A stretch of 64,000 nucleotides of DNA from an uncultured Clostridia bacterium (lineage in GTDB: Bacteria > Bacillota > Clostridia > TANB77 > CAG-508). Below the pieces are notes generated by a model. That model was given only the letters and a program-made list of their open reading frames with translations, did not search any database and was not told the origin of the DNA. Of the stretch, positions 31,679-43,345 are shown in pieces. The position numbers and the translations under genes were made by a program. The DNA lies in the NCBI GenBank assembly GCA_947632585.1, contig CANRPS010000002.1, forward strand, positions 8,232 to 72,231, given 5' to 3'. Position 1 is the first letter of the stretch, and the number at the start of each line of letters is the position of its first letter.

Positions 31679-34600
31679 ATGAAGACAAAAAGAGAGGTAT
31701 TGAATAAAATTTGTGCCATCTTGATAATAACAGCAATGATGATAACTAACTTTTGGATGGTGGGAGAAGCTGCAGTAAGTTATGCGATTGATGCAGTTAA
31801 AACAAGTAATGCCAATGTTCATATTTCGGCATATTTTGTGGATGAAAATGGCGAAGAAGTAGAAAGTAAGAACAAAAGCATAACTGAAGAGGAAGAAAGC
31901 TTATATATTAAAATAGGGGTTAAAAATGATGGATACTTCAATGGAACAATAAAATTGGAGAATCCTAATTTTGCTGTGAGTAGAGAATATATAGACGAAG
32001 GAATATCTAGCATAACAGATGAAGGAAATATTGTTCTTAAACAGATAAATGCTGGAACAGAAGAAATAGTCGAATTAAAAGTTAACCCTATAAAAAATAT
32101 ATCTGGAGAATCTTTACAAACAGAGACAAAAATAAAATTAGAAGGTGAATACATAAATAGCAAAAATGTTGATAAAGATAAATCAGAAAAAATAACAGCT
32201 GAAACTAAGGTTAAATTAAATTTGATTTCACCAGAAGATAGTAAAATGGATTTGTCAAGTGAAGTCTTCACAAATAAAACCTATGAGATTGATGGAATAA
32301 ATAAAAAATTAGTTCAAATTCTTGTAAGAAGTAAAATAACTGATAATAACTATCCTGTAAAAACTACTAATATTAAATTGAGCAAAATAGATGGAACAGA
32401 AGATGTAAGAGTACAACAAGATAGTAAATATCTAAAATACACAGATTTAGAAGATAGTATAGAAATTAAATTAGAATCAAACGAAGAAAACATATATAAA
32501 GAACAAGAATTAATTGTAACTTACATTTTACCTGAAAATATAGATACTTTAAATAAAGACATAGCTTTAAGTGGAAATATAGAAACATATGATAATAAAA
32601 CATTAAATACAGATATTACAATAACAACAGGCGAAGAAAGGGAAGGTATAGTTTCATATGAAATAGAAAGCGAACAAGATATATATAAAGGTAAATTATT
32701 AATTAATGAAGCAAAAGAATATAAAACAAGCATAAAAGTAAATGTAAATTATCTAGAAGTAGCAAAAGAAATAAAATTTACTGCTGAGCCATCAACATTT
32801 TTATTGGGAAAAGAAAAAATTACAGCAAACAATATATATAAAGAAACAAAAATAAATAAAGATGAATTTTTAAAAATATTTGGAGAAGATGGATATTTAA
32901 CTATAACAGATGAGATGAACACTATAATAGCAAATATAAATGATGATAGTGAAGTAGATGAAGAAGGCAATATTGTAATAAAATATTTAGGTGAAACTAG
33001 AAAAATAGAAATTAACACTAGTGAACCAGTTGCAGTTGGATCTTTAACAATAGAAAATGTAAAAGAAATAAGAGATGCAGGATATGATAGAGAAACTAAA
33101 AATTCAATAACATATTTAAACGAAAAATTGACAGATGGTGAAGGACAAGAAAAAGAAACACAGATTGAATTAAAAAACGCAACAACAGAAGCAACATTAG
33201 AAATTAGCACAGATACATTATCAACATTAGAAACAAACAAAAATGTAAAAATAACAATAAAATTATTAAATAATGATGAAACAAAGGATTTATATCAAAA
33301 TCCAAAACTTAAAGTAAAATTACCAAGTGAAGTAAAAAATCTAAAAGCTAAATGTAAATTATTATACGGAAATGGTTTAACTTTAGGAAACTCACAGATA
33401 ATTAAAGAAAATGATAATTATGTGTTAGATTTGAATTTAGAAGGTACACAAAATTCTTATAATGCAGAAATGGTTGAAGGAACAACAATAATAATATATG
33501 CAGATATGGAATTAGATGAATTAGCACCAAATACAGAGGAAAGTATACAATTACAATATACAAATGAATTAGCAACAAGTTATATATCTGATGGAGCTAC
33601 TGAAGTTCCAGTAAATATTGAGTCTAGAGTTGGTGTATTTGCAATAAACAATATAGAAGCATTAGGAGTTACAACAATAGGAGATGAAGAAACTGAGCAA
33701 GTTAAATTAAGTATATCAGAAGAGCAAAAAGCAGCAACAATTGAACTTGGGGTAATTAATAATGAGGAAACTAATATAAAAGATGCAAAAATATTAGGAC
33801 ATTTCCCAACAAGAGAAAGCGATAATCTAGGAATAACTTTAACAAGTGGAATAAATATTGAACAAAGTGAAGGAATAAAAATTTATTATAGTGACAAAGA
33901 AGATGTAAATAACAATCCAGAAGATACATCTAATAATTGGTATGAAGAAGTAAATTTAAGCACATCAAAGAGTTATTTAATAGTAGTAGACAATATAAAT
34001 AGTAAAGAAAGATTAACAGCAAATTATTCAGTAAATATACCTGGAAGCTTAGATTATGACATGAGTGCAAAAGAAGGATATACTATTACATATACTAATG
34101 AAACAACAAATGAAGTAAAAGAATTAAAAGCAACAGAACTTGATTTAACTACAGGAGCTGGACCAGATTTAGATATGTCTGTAAAAGCTATTGCAGGAAA
34201 TGATATAGTTGGAGAAGGAAAAGATGTTGCAGATGAAACAGGTTTAGATGTTGTAGCAGGAGAAATCATCAAATATGAAGTAACTTTAACAAACAATGGT
34301 ACAGCACCAGCAACTAATGTAGCAGTAAAAGAAATAGTACCAGAACAAGTAGAACCATTGGAATTCGAAAAAACAGATGGAGGAGAATATAGAAAATTTG
34401 TAACATTAACTGGAACTAGAATAGTAACTGAGCCTATGATAGACGAAGATGGAGATCAAATATATACGGAAAAAGATGGAAATTATGAACCACTATTTAG
34501 TACTTATGAAATAGTTGGTTTTGCTCCAGAAGTAAGTAAAGAGATAGATAAAATAGAAGTAGGAGAAACTAAAACTATAGAGTTTTATTTAAGACCTACT

Positions 34601-36751
34601 GAATTGAGTACTGAAAAAATAATTAATGAATTACAAGTTAATTATAATGGAAAAAATGAAACTAAACATATTACTAATGCTGTAAAAAACAGCAATATGA
34701 TTGTAACTTTAGAACCAGGTAATGCAGATAGTGACGTTGATGAATTAGTGCCTGGAAATAAATATTTATTTATATTGAGATTGGACAATAATTCAGAAGA
34801 AACAAAGAATAATGTAAAGATAAATATACTAAACAATGATTTATTTGATATAGATTCTATTGTATATACATCAGGAGACGATGATTTTTTTGAAGAAACA
34901 AATGAATTTATAGTTAGTAAATTAGATGAAAGAATAGGAATTAACATAACAATAATACCAAAAGATACAATAACAACCGGTAATATAATGGATATTTATA
35001 CATCTATAGATTGTGATGGGGAAACATTAAGATCGAATAAAATAACTAAAACTTTAGAAACATCTAATTTGGATATAAATCTTGAATCTAATAATATTGG
35101 TGAAGAGATAGAAATAGGACAAGAAATTAATTATAAAATTACTTTGACAAATGCTGAAGATAGTATGGACTTAAATGAAGTAAAAATTCAAGATACAATT
35201 TTTAAAGATATGAACATAAGTGAAGTTTTAGTAAATGGAGAAACATTATCAACTGAAGATTATTCGATAAATTCAAAATATGATGTAAAAGAAAATGGTT
35301 CTTATACGGAGGATTCAGAAGGAGAAGGTCATTATTATTATTCTTATAGTGAAAACACGTTAGAAAAAATATTAAGTGTGGATACAGGAATTAAAGCTGG
35401 AGAAACGAAAGTATTAGAAATAAAATGTAGTCTTTCAGAAAATATTAGAACTCAAATTAAAGAACCAACAGAAATAAAAAATATTGCAGAAGTAATAACT
35501 GATACAGGAAAAGTTATACAAAGTAATGAAATAATACATCTTTTAAATCCTGAAGAACAAAAATATGAAGAGGAGCATAATCCGGATGATTATGTTACAC
35601 CAGATCCAGAAAATCCGGATAATCCAAATAACCCAAATAACCCAAATAATCCGAACAATCCGAACAATCCGAATAATCCAAATAATCCGAATAATCCGAA
35701 TGATCCAAACAATCCAAATAATCCGGATAATGAAGAAAAAACATATACTATATCTGGAATGGCATGGTTTGATGCAAATGAAAATGGTGAAAAAGAAAGC
35801 GGAGAACAAAGACTAAGTGGAATTACAGCTAAATTAATGAATTTAGATACAAATGAGACTAAAACAACAACAACTTCAGAGAGTGGATTCTATTCATTTA
35901 CAGGATTAACAAATGGAAAATATGTTGTTATATTTGAATATGATACTGAAAAATATATGTTAACAACATACCAAGCTGATGAAATAAGTGCAAATAAAAA
36001 TTCAGATGCAGAAAATGTAACAATGAAAATAGATGGAGAAGAAAGAAAAGTTTCATCAACAGATACATTAACAATAAAAGATAATAGTATTTCTAATATA
36101 GATATAGGATTAGTTTTGGCAAGAACATTTGATTTAGAATTAGCAAAAACTATTTCAAAAGTTACTATTACAAATGGAGAAGGAACGAAGACAACAAATT
36201 ATAATGGAGCAACATATGCAAAAGCAGAAATCAATGCAAAATATGCAGAAGATTCAACAATTGTAGTAGAGTACAAAATAAAAGTATCAAATACTGGGGA
36301 ATTAGCAGGATATGCTAAATCTATAATAGATTACAAACCAAAAGATTTAACATTCGATTCTAGCTTAAATAATGGATGGTATCAATCAGGAGACAATTTA
36401 TATTCAAATAGTTTAGCAAATACAAAAATAGAACCAGGAGAAAGTAAAGAATTAACATTGGTGTTAATAAAACGAGTTACAGAAAACAACATGGGATTAG
36501 TAAACAATCTTGCAGAGATAAATGAAGACTATACAGCTTTAGGAATAGCAGATAAGGATTCAACACCAGGAAATAAACAAAATGGAGAAGATGATTTAGG
36601 ATCAAGCGATTTATCAATAGGTGTAAAGACGGGTGCAGCAGTAAGCTATATTACATTCACAATTTTCTCAATAATGATTTTATTAGCTGTAGCATACTTT
36701 GTAAATTGGAAGTTAATGAAATCAAAAAAATTTATGGGAAAGGAGGAGTAG
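31679..36751 (+). CDS. Giant cell-surface protein (1690 aa) with DUF11 repeats and a Cna-B/SdrD-B-type domain
   Basis: Signal peptide. DUF11-like repeats (VTLTNNGTAPATNVAVKE). NPN nonapeptide-DNA repeat linker. SdrD-B-like segment (SGMAWFDANENGEKESGE...GFYSFTGLTNGKYVV). C-terminal VKTG + hydrophobic + KSKK tail resembling a sortase sorting signal. Confidence 0.75.
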   Translation: MKTKREVLNKICAILIITAMMITNFWMVGEAAVSYAIDAVKTSNANVHISAYFVDENGEEVESKNKSITEEEESLYIKIGVKNDGYFNGTIKLENPNFAVSREYIDEGISSITDEGNIVLKQINAGTEEIVELKVNPIKNISGESLQTETKIKLEGEYINSKNVDKDKSEKITAETKVKLNLISPEDSKMDLSSEVFTNKTYEIDGINKKLVQILVRSKITDNNYPVKTTNIKLSKIDGTEDVRVQQDSKYLKYTDLEDSIEIKLESNEENIYKEQELIVTYILPENIDTLNKDIALSGNIETYDNKTLNTDITITTGEEREGIVSYEIESEQDIYKGKLLINEAKEYKTSIKVNVNYLEVAKEIKFTAEPSTFLLGKEKITANNIYKETKINKDEFLKIFGEDGYLTITDEMNTIIANINDDSEVDEEGNIVIKYLGETRKIEINTSEPVAVGSLTIENVKEIRDAGYDRETKNSITYLNEKLTDGEGQEKETQIELKNATTEATLEISTDTLSTLETNKNVKITIKLLNNDETKDLYQNPKLKVKLPSEVKNLKAKCKLLYGNGLTLGNSQIIKENDNYVLDLNLEGTQNSYNAEMVEGTTIIIYADMELDELAPNTEESIQLQYTNELATSYISDGATEVPVNIESRVGVFAINNIEALGVTTIGDEETEQVKLSISEEQKAATIELGVINNEETNIKDAKILGHFPTRESDNLGITLTSGINIEQSEGIKIYYSDKEDVNNNPEDTSNNWYEEVNLSTSKSYLIVVDNINSKERLTANYSVNIPGSLDYDMSAKEGYTITYTNETTNEVKELKATELDLTTGAGPDLDMSVKAIAGNDIVGEGKDVADETGLDVVAGEIIKYEVTLTNNGTAPATNVAVKEIVPEQVEPLEFEKTDGGEYRKFVTLTGTRIVTEPMIDEDGDQIYTEKDGNYEPLFSTYEIVGFAPEVSKEIDKIEVGETKTIEFYLRPTELSTEKIINELQVNYNGKNETKHITNAVKNSNMIVTLEPGNADSDVDELVPGNKYLFILRLDNNSEETKNNVKINILNNDLFDIDSIVYTSGDDDFFEETNEFIVSKLDERIGINITIIPKDTITTGNIMDIYTSIDCDGETLRSNKITKTLETSNLDINLESNNIGEEIEIGQEINYKITLTNAEDSMDLNEVKIQDTIFKDMNISEVLVNGETLSTEDYSINSKYDVKENGSYTEDSEGEGHYYYSYSENTLEKILSVDTGIKAGETKVLEIKCSLSENIRTQIKEPTEIKNIAEVITDTGKVIQSNEIIHLLNPEEQKYEEEHNPDDYVTPDPENPDNPNNPNNPNNPNNPNNPNNPNNPNNPNDPNNPNNPDNEEKTYTISGMAWFDANENGEKESGEQRLSGITAKLMNLDTNETKTTTTSESGFYSFTGLTNGKYVVIFEYDTEKYMLTTYQADEISANKNSDAENVTMKIDGEERKVSSTDTLTIKDNSISNIDIGLVLARTFDLELAKTISKVTITNGEGTKTTNYNGATYAKAEINAKYAEDSTIVVEYKIKVSNTGELAGYAKSIIDYKPKDLTFDSSLNNGWYQSGDNLYSNSLANTKIEPGESKELTLVLIKRVTENNMGLVNNLAEINEDYTALGIADKDSTPGNKQNGEDDLGSSDLSIGVKTGAAVSYITFTIFSIMILLAVAYFVNWKLMKSKKFMGKEE
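35612..35731 (+). repeat. Tandem 9-bp coding repeat (aat-cc[ag]-aa[ct]) giving an (NPN)n linker
   Basis: About 13 tandem copies inside the giant protein gene. Confidence 0.8.
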
Positions 36752-36761
36752 AAAAGCCATT

Positions 36762-39700
36762 ATGAAAAAGTTAAGTATAAAAAATTTAATTTTAATATTT
36801 ACATTATTAATATTATTTATATGTAGCTTTAGCACAGGAGTACTTGCTCGAGAAATAACATGGAAAGAATTTACAGGACAAAAAGGCCTTTGTCTTGAAC
36901 ATGGTGCGACATTTCGTAAAGATTTAGGATGGGAAGGACACGGAAATATACGTTTTTATGTAGCAAGCTACATAGTGTATTGGAAAAACATCTACTATGA
37001 ACCTTATTGGAAAAAAGTTGATACAGATAACGATGGCATAAAAGATAAATGGAAAGAATTTGAAAGAAAAGTTGTAGAAAATAAAACAACAACGAATCCT
37101 GGACAACTTGGTGGTGACATGCCAGGGATTGAAGTAAAAAATGAGTTTGCGGAAGCAGGATCAGGAATAATACAAGTGCGGATTTGGTAATACGACTGCT
37201 AATACTGTTGGATTTGTATTGCATAATAATGAAGGGTATGGGCATAGCACACAAGATTGGGTTTGGAATAATATAGGAACAGTTTTAAGTGCTTTAGGAG
37301 CAAGACAACCTAGAAATAGAACGGCTAAAACTTCTTTTACAACAAAAATAGCTTCTAATAATGTATCAAATTTGAAGATTGCAGCTAATAGTTCGGAAAA
37401 TGATTTAACTGAAACTATTACAGATAATAGTTCTAAAAATGATATTATAGGTAAAATTGATAATACATCTATAGCAAACACATCAGTAGGTACAGAGTTA
37501 AAAGACTATTTAGACGAAATAGAAGAACCATTTTTATATAATGAAAGTGGCGGTAAAGAAAATGATAATGTAAATAATAATGGAGACAACCCTGTTATAT
37601 CATATAATGATTTATTAGGACCATTTACTATAAATTGGGATGATACTAATAGAAATAAAAATTTTGGAGATAATTATGCAGTTAGTAAATTAACAAGAAT
37701 AACAATTAATTATCTTGATGGAGAACCAGACATCCTTGATATTGAAGATAAAAATAATACATCAAATATAGAGATAGTTCAAGAACAAAATGGAGTGTTT
37801 AATACATTTAAAGAACCATATAAGATAAATAAAAATAAACCTTTTTATATTAAAAATCCAGATTTGGAAAGAGAAGTAACAAGCGTAAAGATTCATCTTA
37901 AAAAAGTAGCAGAATTCCAAACTGCTCATTTTCAAAGATACAATGGAACTACTTCAGATATTAAAGATAAAGCAACAGCCAAAACTCTAATTAGAAAAAA
38001 ACTTATGGAGGATCCTTATACTAAGCGTGGTTATCCTAATATGTGGAATATTGTAGTTACTTCTGTAGAATTGGATGAAGTTTATAAGCCTCAAAATATT
38101 ATGTTTGTAAGTAGCCTTACATTAGAAGGTACAGCTGAATTGGATCTTGAAATAGGTGTACTTGTTAAAAAAGGTGATATAGAGTTAACTAAAGAGGGTA
38201 CTTATAATGATCAACATGAACTATTACCAAATGTAAAATTTGCAGTGTATTGTAATGAGATAGGAAAATATGTAAAAGACATTGAGCTAGTTGAAGGATC
38301 AACAACTCAATATAGAACGACATTTACAGAAAAATTAGAAGAAGCAAAAGTATACACAACAGATGAAAATGGTAAAGTTTTAATAGAAAACTTGTATGCT
38401 GGTAAAGATGATGATATAGAACATTCAGGTGGAGGATATAGCTATAAATTAGTAGAAATAGATGCAGGAGATAACACATATTATATAGATCCACATAAAC
38501 TTGCAAGAGGAGAAAGTACTCATAAAGAAACAACGACTTCTGGAGAAGAGGAAAAATTAGACCCAAATATTGCAACAGGACATGTTGATGTGGATGATAA
38601 ACAATATTGTGTCCTTGATAATGTTACACCATATTATGATAATATAGGTGGAACAAAAGGAAAAGGACAACGTGTAAAAACTTATGTTACAATAGAAGAT
38701 GATAGAAGTTCAGGAGACTTGACAATAGAAAAAGCTGATGAAACATTCCCTGATGAAGTTAAACTTAAAGGTGCTGAATTTAAAATTAAGTTAGTAAGAA
38801 GTGATAATTCAGATGAACCAGAACATGACCTTGGATTAAGTAACTTATGGTTGAAATTACCACCTAATAGTACCGACGGACACTATGATTATAATGATTT
38901 ATTACATGACGAGTATCTAGGAGATGAAGCATCAAGTGCAACATTTGTTACAGATGAAGATGGAAAAATAGACATTAAATGTATTATAAATGGTACTTAT
39001 CACATATATGAAACAAAAGCATCAATAGGATATGATATAACAAAACAATATAATTACGGAAAAGATCCTGATCATCCAACATGGGTTGATTATGGAGAAA
39101 TAACAATAACAACTGGAAACAACCATTTAGAACCTCAATTGCTAAACAGAAAAATAGCAGCAAAACTAGAAGGAGAAGTATGGTTAGATGTACCAGCAAC
39201 AAATAAAAAAGCAACAGAATATGATGGTTTAATATGGACACATAAAGATACAGCTATAGATCCAGGAATAACAGTTAACTTAAAAGATGAAGCTGGAAAC
39301 TTAATGGCAACAACAATAACAGATGGAAATGGATATTGGAGTATAGACAAGAAAATAAATAATACAGAAGATAAATTCAAATCTGATATATATTATTGGG
39401 ATTTAACAAATGCATTTGTAGAGTTTATATATGATAACCAAAAATATGTATGTGTAGATCCATTTGTTGGAGGAGCTGCTCAAGTTAAAGAAAATTCAAA
39501 AGCTAAAGAATATTTATTAGAAGAAAGAGAATTAGATGACAGAAACTTAACAGGTGTAGAAGGTAATTGCCCAGGAATTGCGGTTACAAAACAAAAAGCA
39601 ACAACAGGAATGACACCTTTAGATATAATAGAATTTAGATGGGACAATGAAAACTTTACTTTACCTGAATTAGGATTAACTGGTTATTATAATGTAGATA

Positions 39701-42180
39701 ACTTTACAGTAGAAAATATTAATTTAGGATTATGGGAAAAAATACCACCAACATATAGTATCTTAGAATCACTTCAATATAGTAAGGTATCAGTAAATGG
39801 TTATACTTATACTTACGATTATGTAGATGGAACAACAGGAACAATAGATTCTAGTATGGTTCCAGTAACATATAGACAAACAGGAGCTAAACATTATGGA
39901 GCAAAAGTATATCCATCAGATATAGCATATACAGTTGAAGGAAGAGAAAATGGTATACAAATGTATGTTGTATATAAGATAAATGTTACAAACTCAACTA
40001 CTACAAAATTAGAAGACATTTATGACGAAGTTAGATTATATCTAACATCACTTACAAACACATTTAACTCATACAAATATGAGATATCTACAGACCATAC
40101 AGGAGATGCAAACTGGCAAGGATCACAATATTTCGGATTCTGGGAAAAATCAGAAGATAATTTAGCAAATTATAGAATAGATGATGATGGTAGTGTAATA
40201 TCAGGAGATAAATTAAGTGATGGTATAAAACCAGGAGAAACAGAAAGTGTTTATGTACAATTTAAAGTACAAGAACAATTCTTAAAAGATATATTAGCAG
40301 GAACAATACCTGAAGGAGAAGACTCTTATGCAGTATCTGTTGCTCATTCTATAGGACACCATGTATATACAAGAACAGATAATGTATGGACAAGAGATGA
40401 AAAAGAAGGTAGTGCAACATATTATAAAGATAGTAGAGAAGTAGACCACAATGAAACTACAGGAGATGAATTCTTACACAGATCTTTAGATTATCCTGAA
40501 GATGCAGGAGCATTAGGAATATTATTCTCATTAGGAGAAGAGAGAGTTATATCAGGTACTGTATTTGAAGATATTAAAACTGAAGAAAGTGCAGAAGATA
40601 ATACAAACTTAGGAAATGGATTAATGGATAATGAAGAAGGCAACAGAGGACAGGAAGTAAAAGTAGAATTACTTAATGCTTCATCAAATGAAAATGCTAT
40701 CTTATATCAAAGACCTGGTGATACAACAGCAGAAAAAGTTCAAGATAAAATTGAAAAAGGATATATGATTACAAAAGCAATTACAACAACAAATCCAGAA
40801 GGATATTATGAATTCTTAGGAGTTACTCCAGGAGTATATAAATTGAGATTTACATATTCTAATGGAGACCAAGTAATAATGAATCCTGATGGAACAAAAA
40901 TAACTGCAAATGATTATAAATCAACAATTATTAACACTAATGAAGCAGGAAGATTGATACAAAATGCTGAAGAAACAGCACGAGAAACAATGATAGAAAA
41001 CACTAATATTTATAACAATGCAGTAAAAACTAGAAATTATTCAAATGGTTTAGGCGAAGATATTCAAAATATACAAAGAATTATAGAATGGTATAAATAT
41101 TTGTATAATAATACTCCAGATTTACAATATAACGTGGTAACAGATGATTTGGAAATGAGAAGTAAATTCGAAACCTATGAATATAGTACAGAAGATGGAA
41201 AAACAATAGTAAGAGATGAAGATGGAAATATAGTTGATCCATTCCCAATAATGGAAAGCTATTCACCATATTTCAGTATTACAATAGAAAATGATATAGC
41301 AGACAGAAACAATGTAGATTTATCAACACATGGATATGGACACAATCCAGAATATAGAAAATTCAACTTTGGTTTAATAAAAACTACTGAAACTACAATA
41401 ACATTAGATAAAATCATATCAAATGTTAAATTAACAAATAGTGCAGGAACATCATTAGTACAAGACGATCCTAGAACAGCATTAAATTATGTAACGGCAT
41501 TAGACGACTTATCAGAGGGAAGTAAATATGTAAGAATTGAAATGCCACTAGAAGATATTTTTGGTACAGCACTTCAAACAACATATAGAATTTATATAAC
41601 AAATACTTCTGTAAAAGATTATATAGAAAATCGTGAAGATGCACATTATGGTTATTACTTCAAGTATGGAGATAAAATAACAGGAAATGCATATTTAACT
41701 AGAAAGACAGTAACAGAAGTAATAGACATCCTTGATAATGATTATGATTTATTAGATGATATAGTAGTAGAAAACGTAGAACACCCAGAAGAGTCTAGAG
41801 ATGGAGGAAAACATTCTGAAACTAGTGAAGTAAGGGTAACAGCTGATGAAGAAGGAAACAGATTAATCTTTACAGAATGGACTGGAATTGAAGCAGGAGG
41901 TGTAACTCAAATTGATTACACAGTAGGCGGAATTTTCCAAGAAGATATGGACTTAATATATGATAATAATGCTAAGATTACTAAGATGAAACTAGATTAT
42001 AGTGAAAACTTAAGAACATTATATATTTGGCAAGATTATTCTAAGACAAGATTAATCGTAACACCAGACACTGGTGAAGATAGAAGACCTACATACTATG
42101 TAGTTGGAGCTATAGCATTAGTTATATTAGCAATAGGACTTATTGTTATAAGAAATGGCATTCTTAAGAAAGACGAATAA
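36762..42180 (+). CDS. Second giant surface protein (about 1800 aa) with Cna-B-type domains; its N-terminal signal-peptide ORF is joined to the main ORF at an in-frame CGG
   Basis: ORF 36762-37190 is a secreted N-terminus with a signal peptide. ORF 37219-42180 has no signal peptide. Reading C-GGA at 37179 as Gly gives IIQV-G-FGNTTANTVGFVLHNNEGYG continuity. The C-terminus has a TM plus basic tail. Confidence 0.65.
37179..37181 (+). other. In-frame CGG at a +1 junction (gtg CGG att tgg taa; +1 gives V-G-F-G)
   Basis: Seen in sequence. Same gtg-CGG-att context as the mrdA site. Confidence 0.65.
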
Positions 42181-42192
42181 TAAATAATATAA

Positions 42193-42229
42193 AATGAACT
42201 ATATTGAAAAATATAGTTCATTTTTTTTG
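42193..42229 (+). terminator. Rho-independent terminator after the giant protein gene
   Basis: aatgaactatat/atatagttcatt stem plus T8. Confidence 0.7.
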
Positions 42230-42296
42230 AAAAAAATGTAACACATTTTATAAATAGTGAATAATATAATGTAAAAATAAAAAGGAGGAAATCTGT

Positions 42297-42434
42297 ATGC
42301 CAGAAAATAATGGAAATTTCCAAAACAATCGTTGCTGCAATAATAGCTGTGGAATATTTGGGGGAGACAGCGAAATATTATTTTTTATAATTATATTTTT
42401 ACTTTTATTTACAAGCTTTGGGTATGGAAGATAA
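42297..42434 (+). CDS. Unannotated small Cys-rich hydrophobic protein (45 aa), YjcZ-like
   Basis: RBS aaaggagg with 7-nt spacing to the ATG. Sequence MPENNGNFQNNRCCNNSCGIFGG + hydrophobic tail + GYGR. Terminator immediately downstream. Confidence 0.5.
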   Translation: MPENNGNFQNNRCCNNSCGIFGGDSEILFFIIIFLLLFTSFGYGR

Positions 42435-42446
42435 AACATAGAAAAA

Positions 42447-42488
42447 AATGCGAAATGAGTGAATATATTTGCTTATTTCGCATTTTTG
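42447..42488 (+). terminator. Rho-independent terminator
   Basis: aaatgcgaaat/atttcgcattt stem. Confidence 0.55.
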
Positions 42489-42527
42489 TAGTAAAATATA
42501 ATAAGTTAGTAAAATTTGGAGGAAATA

Positions 42528-43331
42528 ATGAACAAACAGGAGTTACTATCTGACTATAAAAATTATGAAGATAAAATATTGTTAGCAAAAGTATTGGACA
42601 AGCTAGAAATGACAAAAACTAAAAATAAAATAGAATATACAGACTTTTTAAATTTATATGAACAGGAATTAGTAAATAACTTTTTGAAAAAAATAAAAGT
42701 TGAAAGATACTATTTTTTTGGTGGAGTAGGAGAAGCAGAAAGAAAAATTTTAATAATTTATCCAGAAAAATTAACTGAAGAAATGGTAAGAAAAAATCAT
42801 TCTAAAATGATTAGCGTAATAAAAATAAAATTACCACTTGATTTGACAGAAGATTATGATCATAAAGTGTATTTAGGTGGTATAATGAAGCTGGGAATAG
42901 AACGAGAAAAAATTGGAGACATCTCTGTAAAACATAAAGGTGCAGAAATTATCATAAAAAATGAAATACAAAAATTTTTAATGCAAAATATAGATTCTCT
43001 TACAAGATTTAAATCTTGTGAAATTGAAATAAAAAGCATAGAAGACATAGATGAAATTAAGATTGAAAAAATAGAGATAAGTGAAATAGTGGCATCTCTT
43101 AGACTAGATAATATAGTAGCATCTTTAGCTAGAACATCAAGGACAAAGGCTATAGAAATACTTGAACAAGAAAGAGTCTTTTTGAATTTTAAAAATGAAA
43201 CAAAACCATCTAAGCAAGTTAAGGCAGGAGATATAATAACAATTAGAGGAAAAGGTAGATTTGAATTTACAGAAATATCTGGTAATACAAGAAAAGGAAG
43301 GTATGTAATAAAAATAAACAAATATATATAA
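42528..43331 (+). CDS. ylmH: YlmH-family RNA-binding protein with C-terminal S4 domain
   Basis: C-terminal S4-like region (LRLDNIVASLARTSRTKAIEIL...VKAGDIITIRGKGRF). RBS ggagg before the ATG at 42528. Confidence 0.6.
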   Translation: MNKQELLSDYKNYEDKILLAKVLDKLEMTKTKNKIEYTDFLNLYEQELVNNFLKKIKVERYYFFGGVGEAERKILIIYPEKLTEEMVRKNHSKMISVIKIKLPLDLTEDYDHKVYLGGIMKLGIEREKIGDISVKHKGAEIIIKNEIQKFLMQNIDSLTRFKSCEIEIKSIEDIDEIKIEKIEISEIVASLRLDNIVASLARTSRTKAIEILEQERVFLNFKNETKPSKQVKAGDIITIRGKGRFEFTEISGNTRKGRYVIKINKYI

Positions 43332-43345
43332 AAGGTGATTAAATT

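Noticed and set aside
35543-35816. Overlapping ORFs with RIIRII/QITQIT repeats (both strands) inside the giant protein gene
   Set aside because: They are alternative-frame or antisense readings of the NPN nonapeptide tandem repeat. They are not independent genes and not a CRISPR array: there are no unique spacers, and the region is coding.
36762-42180. TPDTG near the C-terminus of the second giant protein as a sortase motif
   Set aside because: Nine residues separate it from the hydrophobic segment and the motif is atypical. I kept only a low-confidence mention. The VKTG in the first giant protein is better positioned.
42248-42615. Minus-strand ORFs 42096-42323, 42248-42439, 42409-42615
   Set aside because: They overlap a plus-strand terminator, a strongly supported small plus-strand ORF with RBS, and the ylmH promoter region. 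They are likely spurious.
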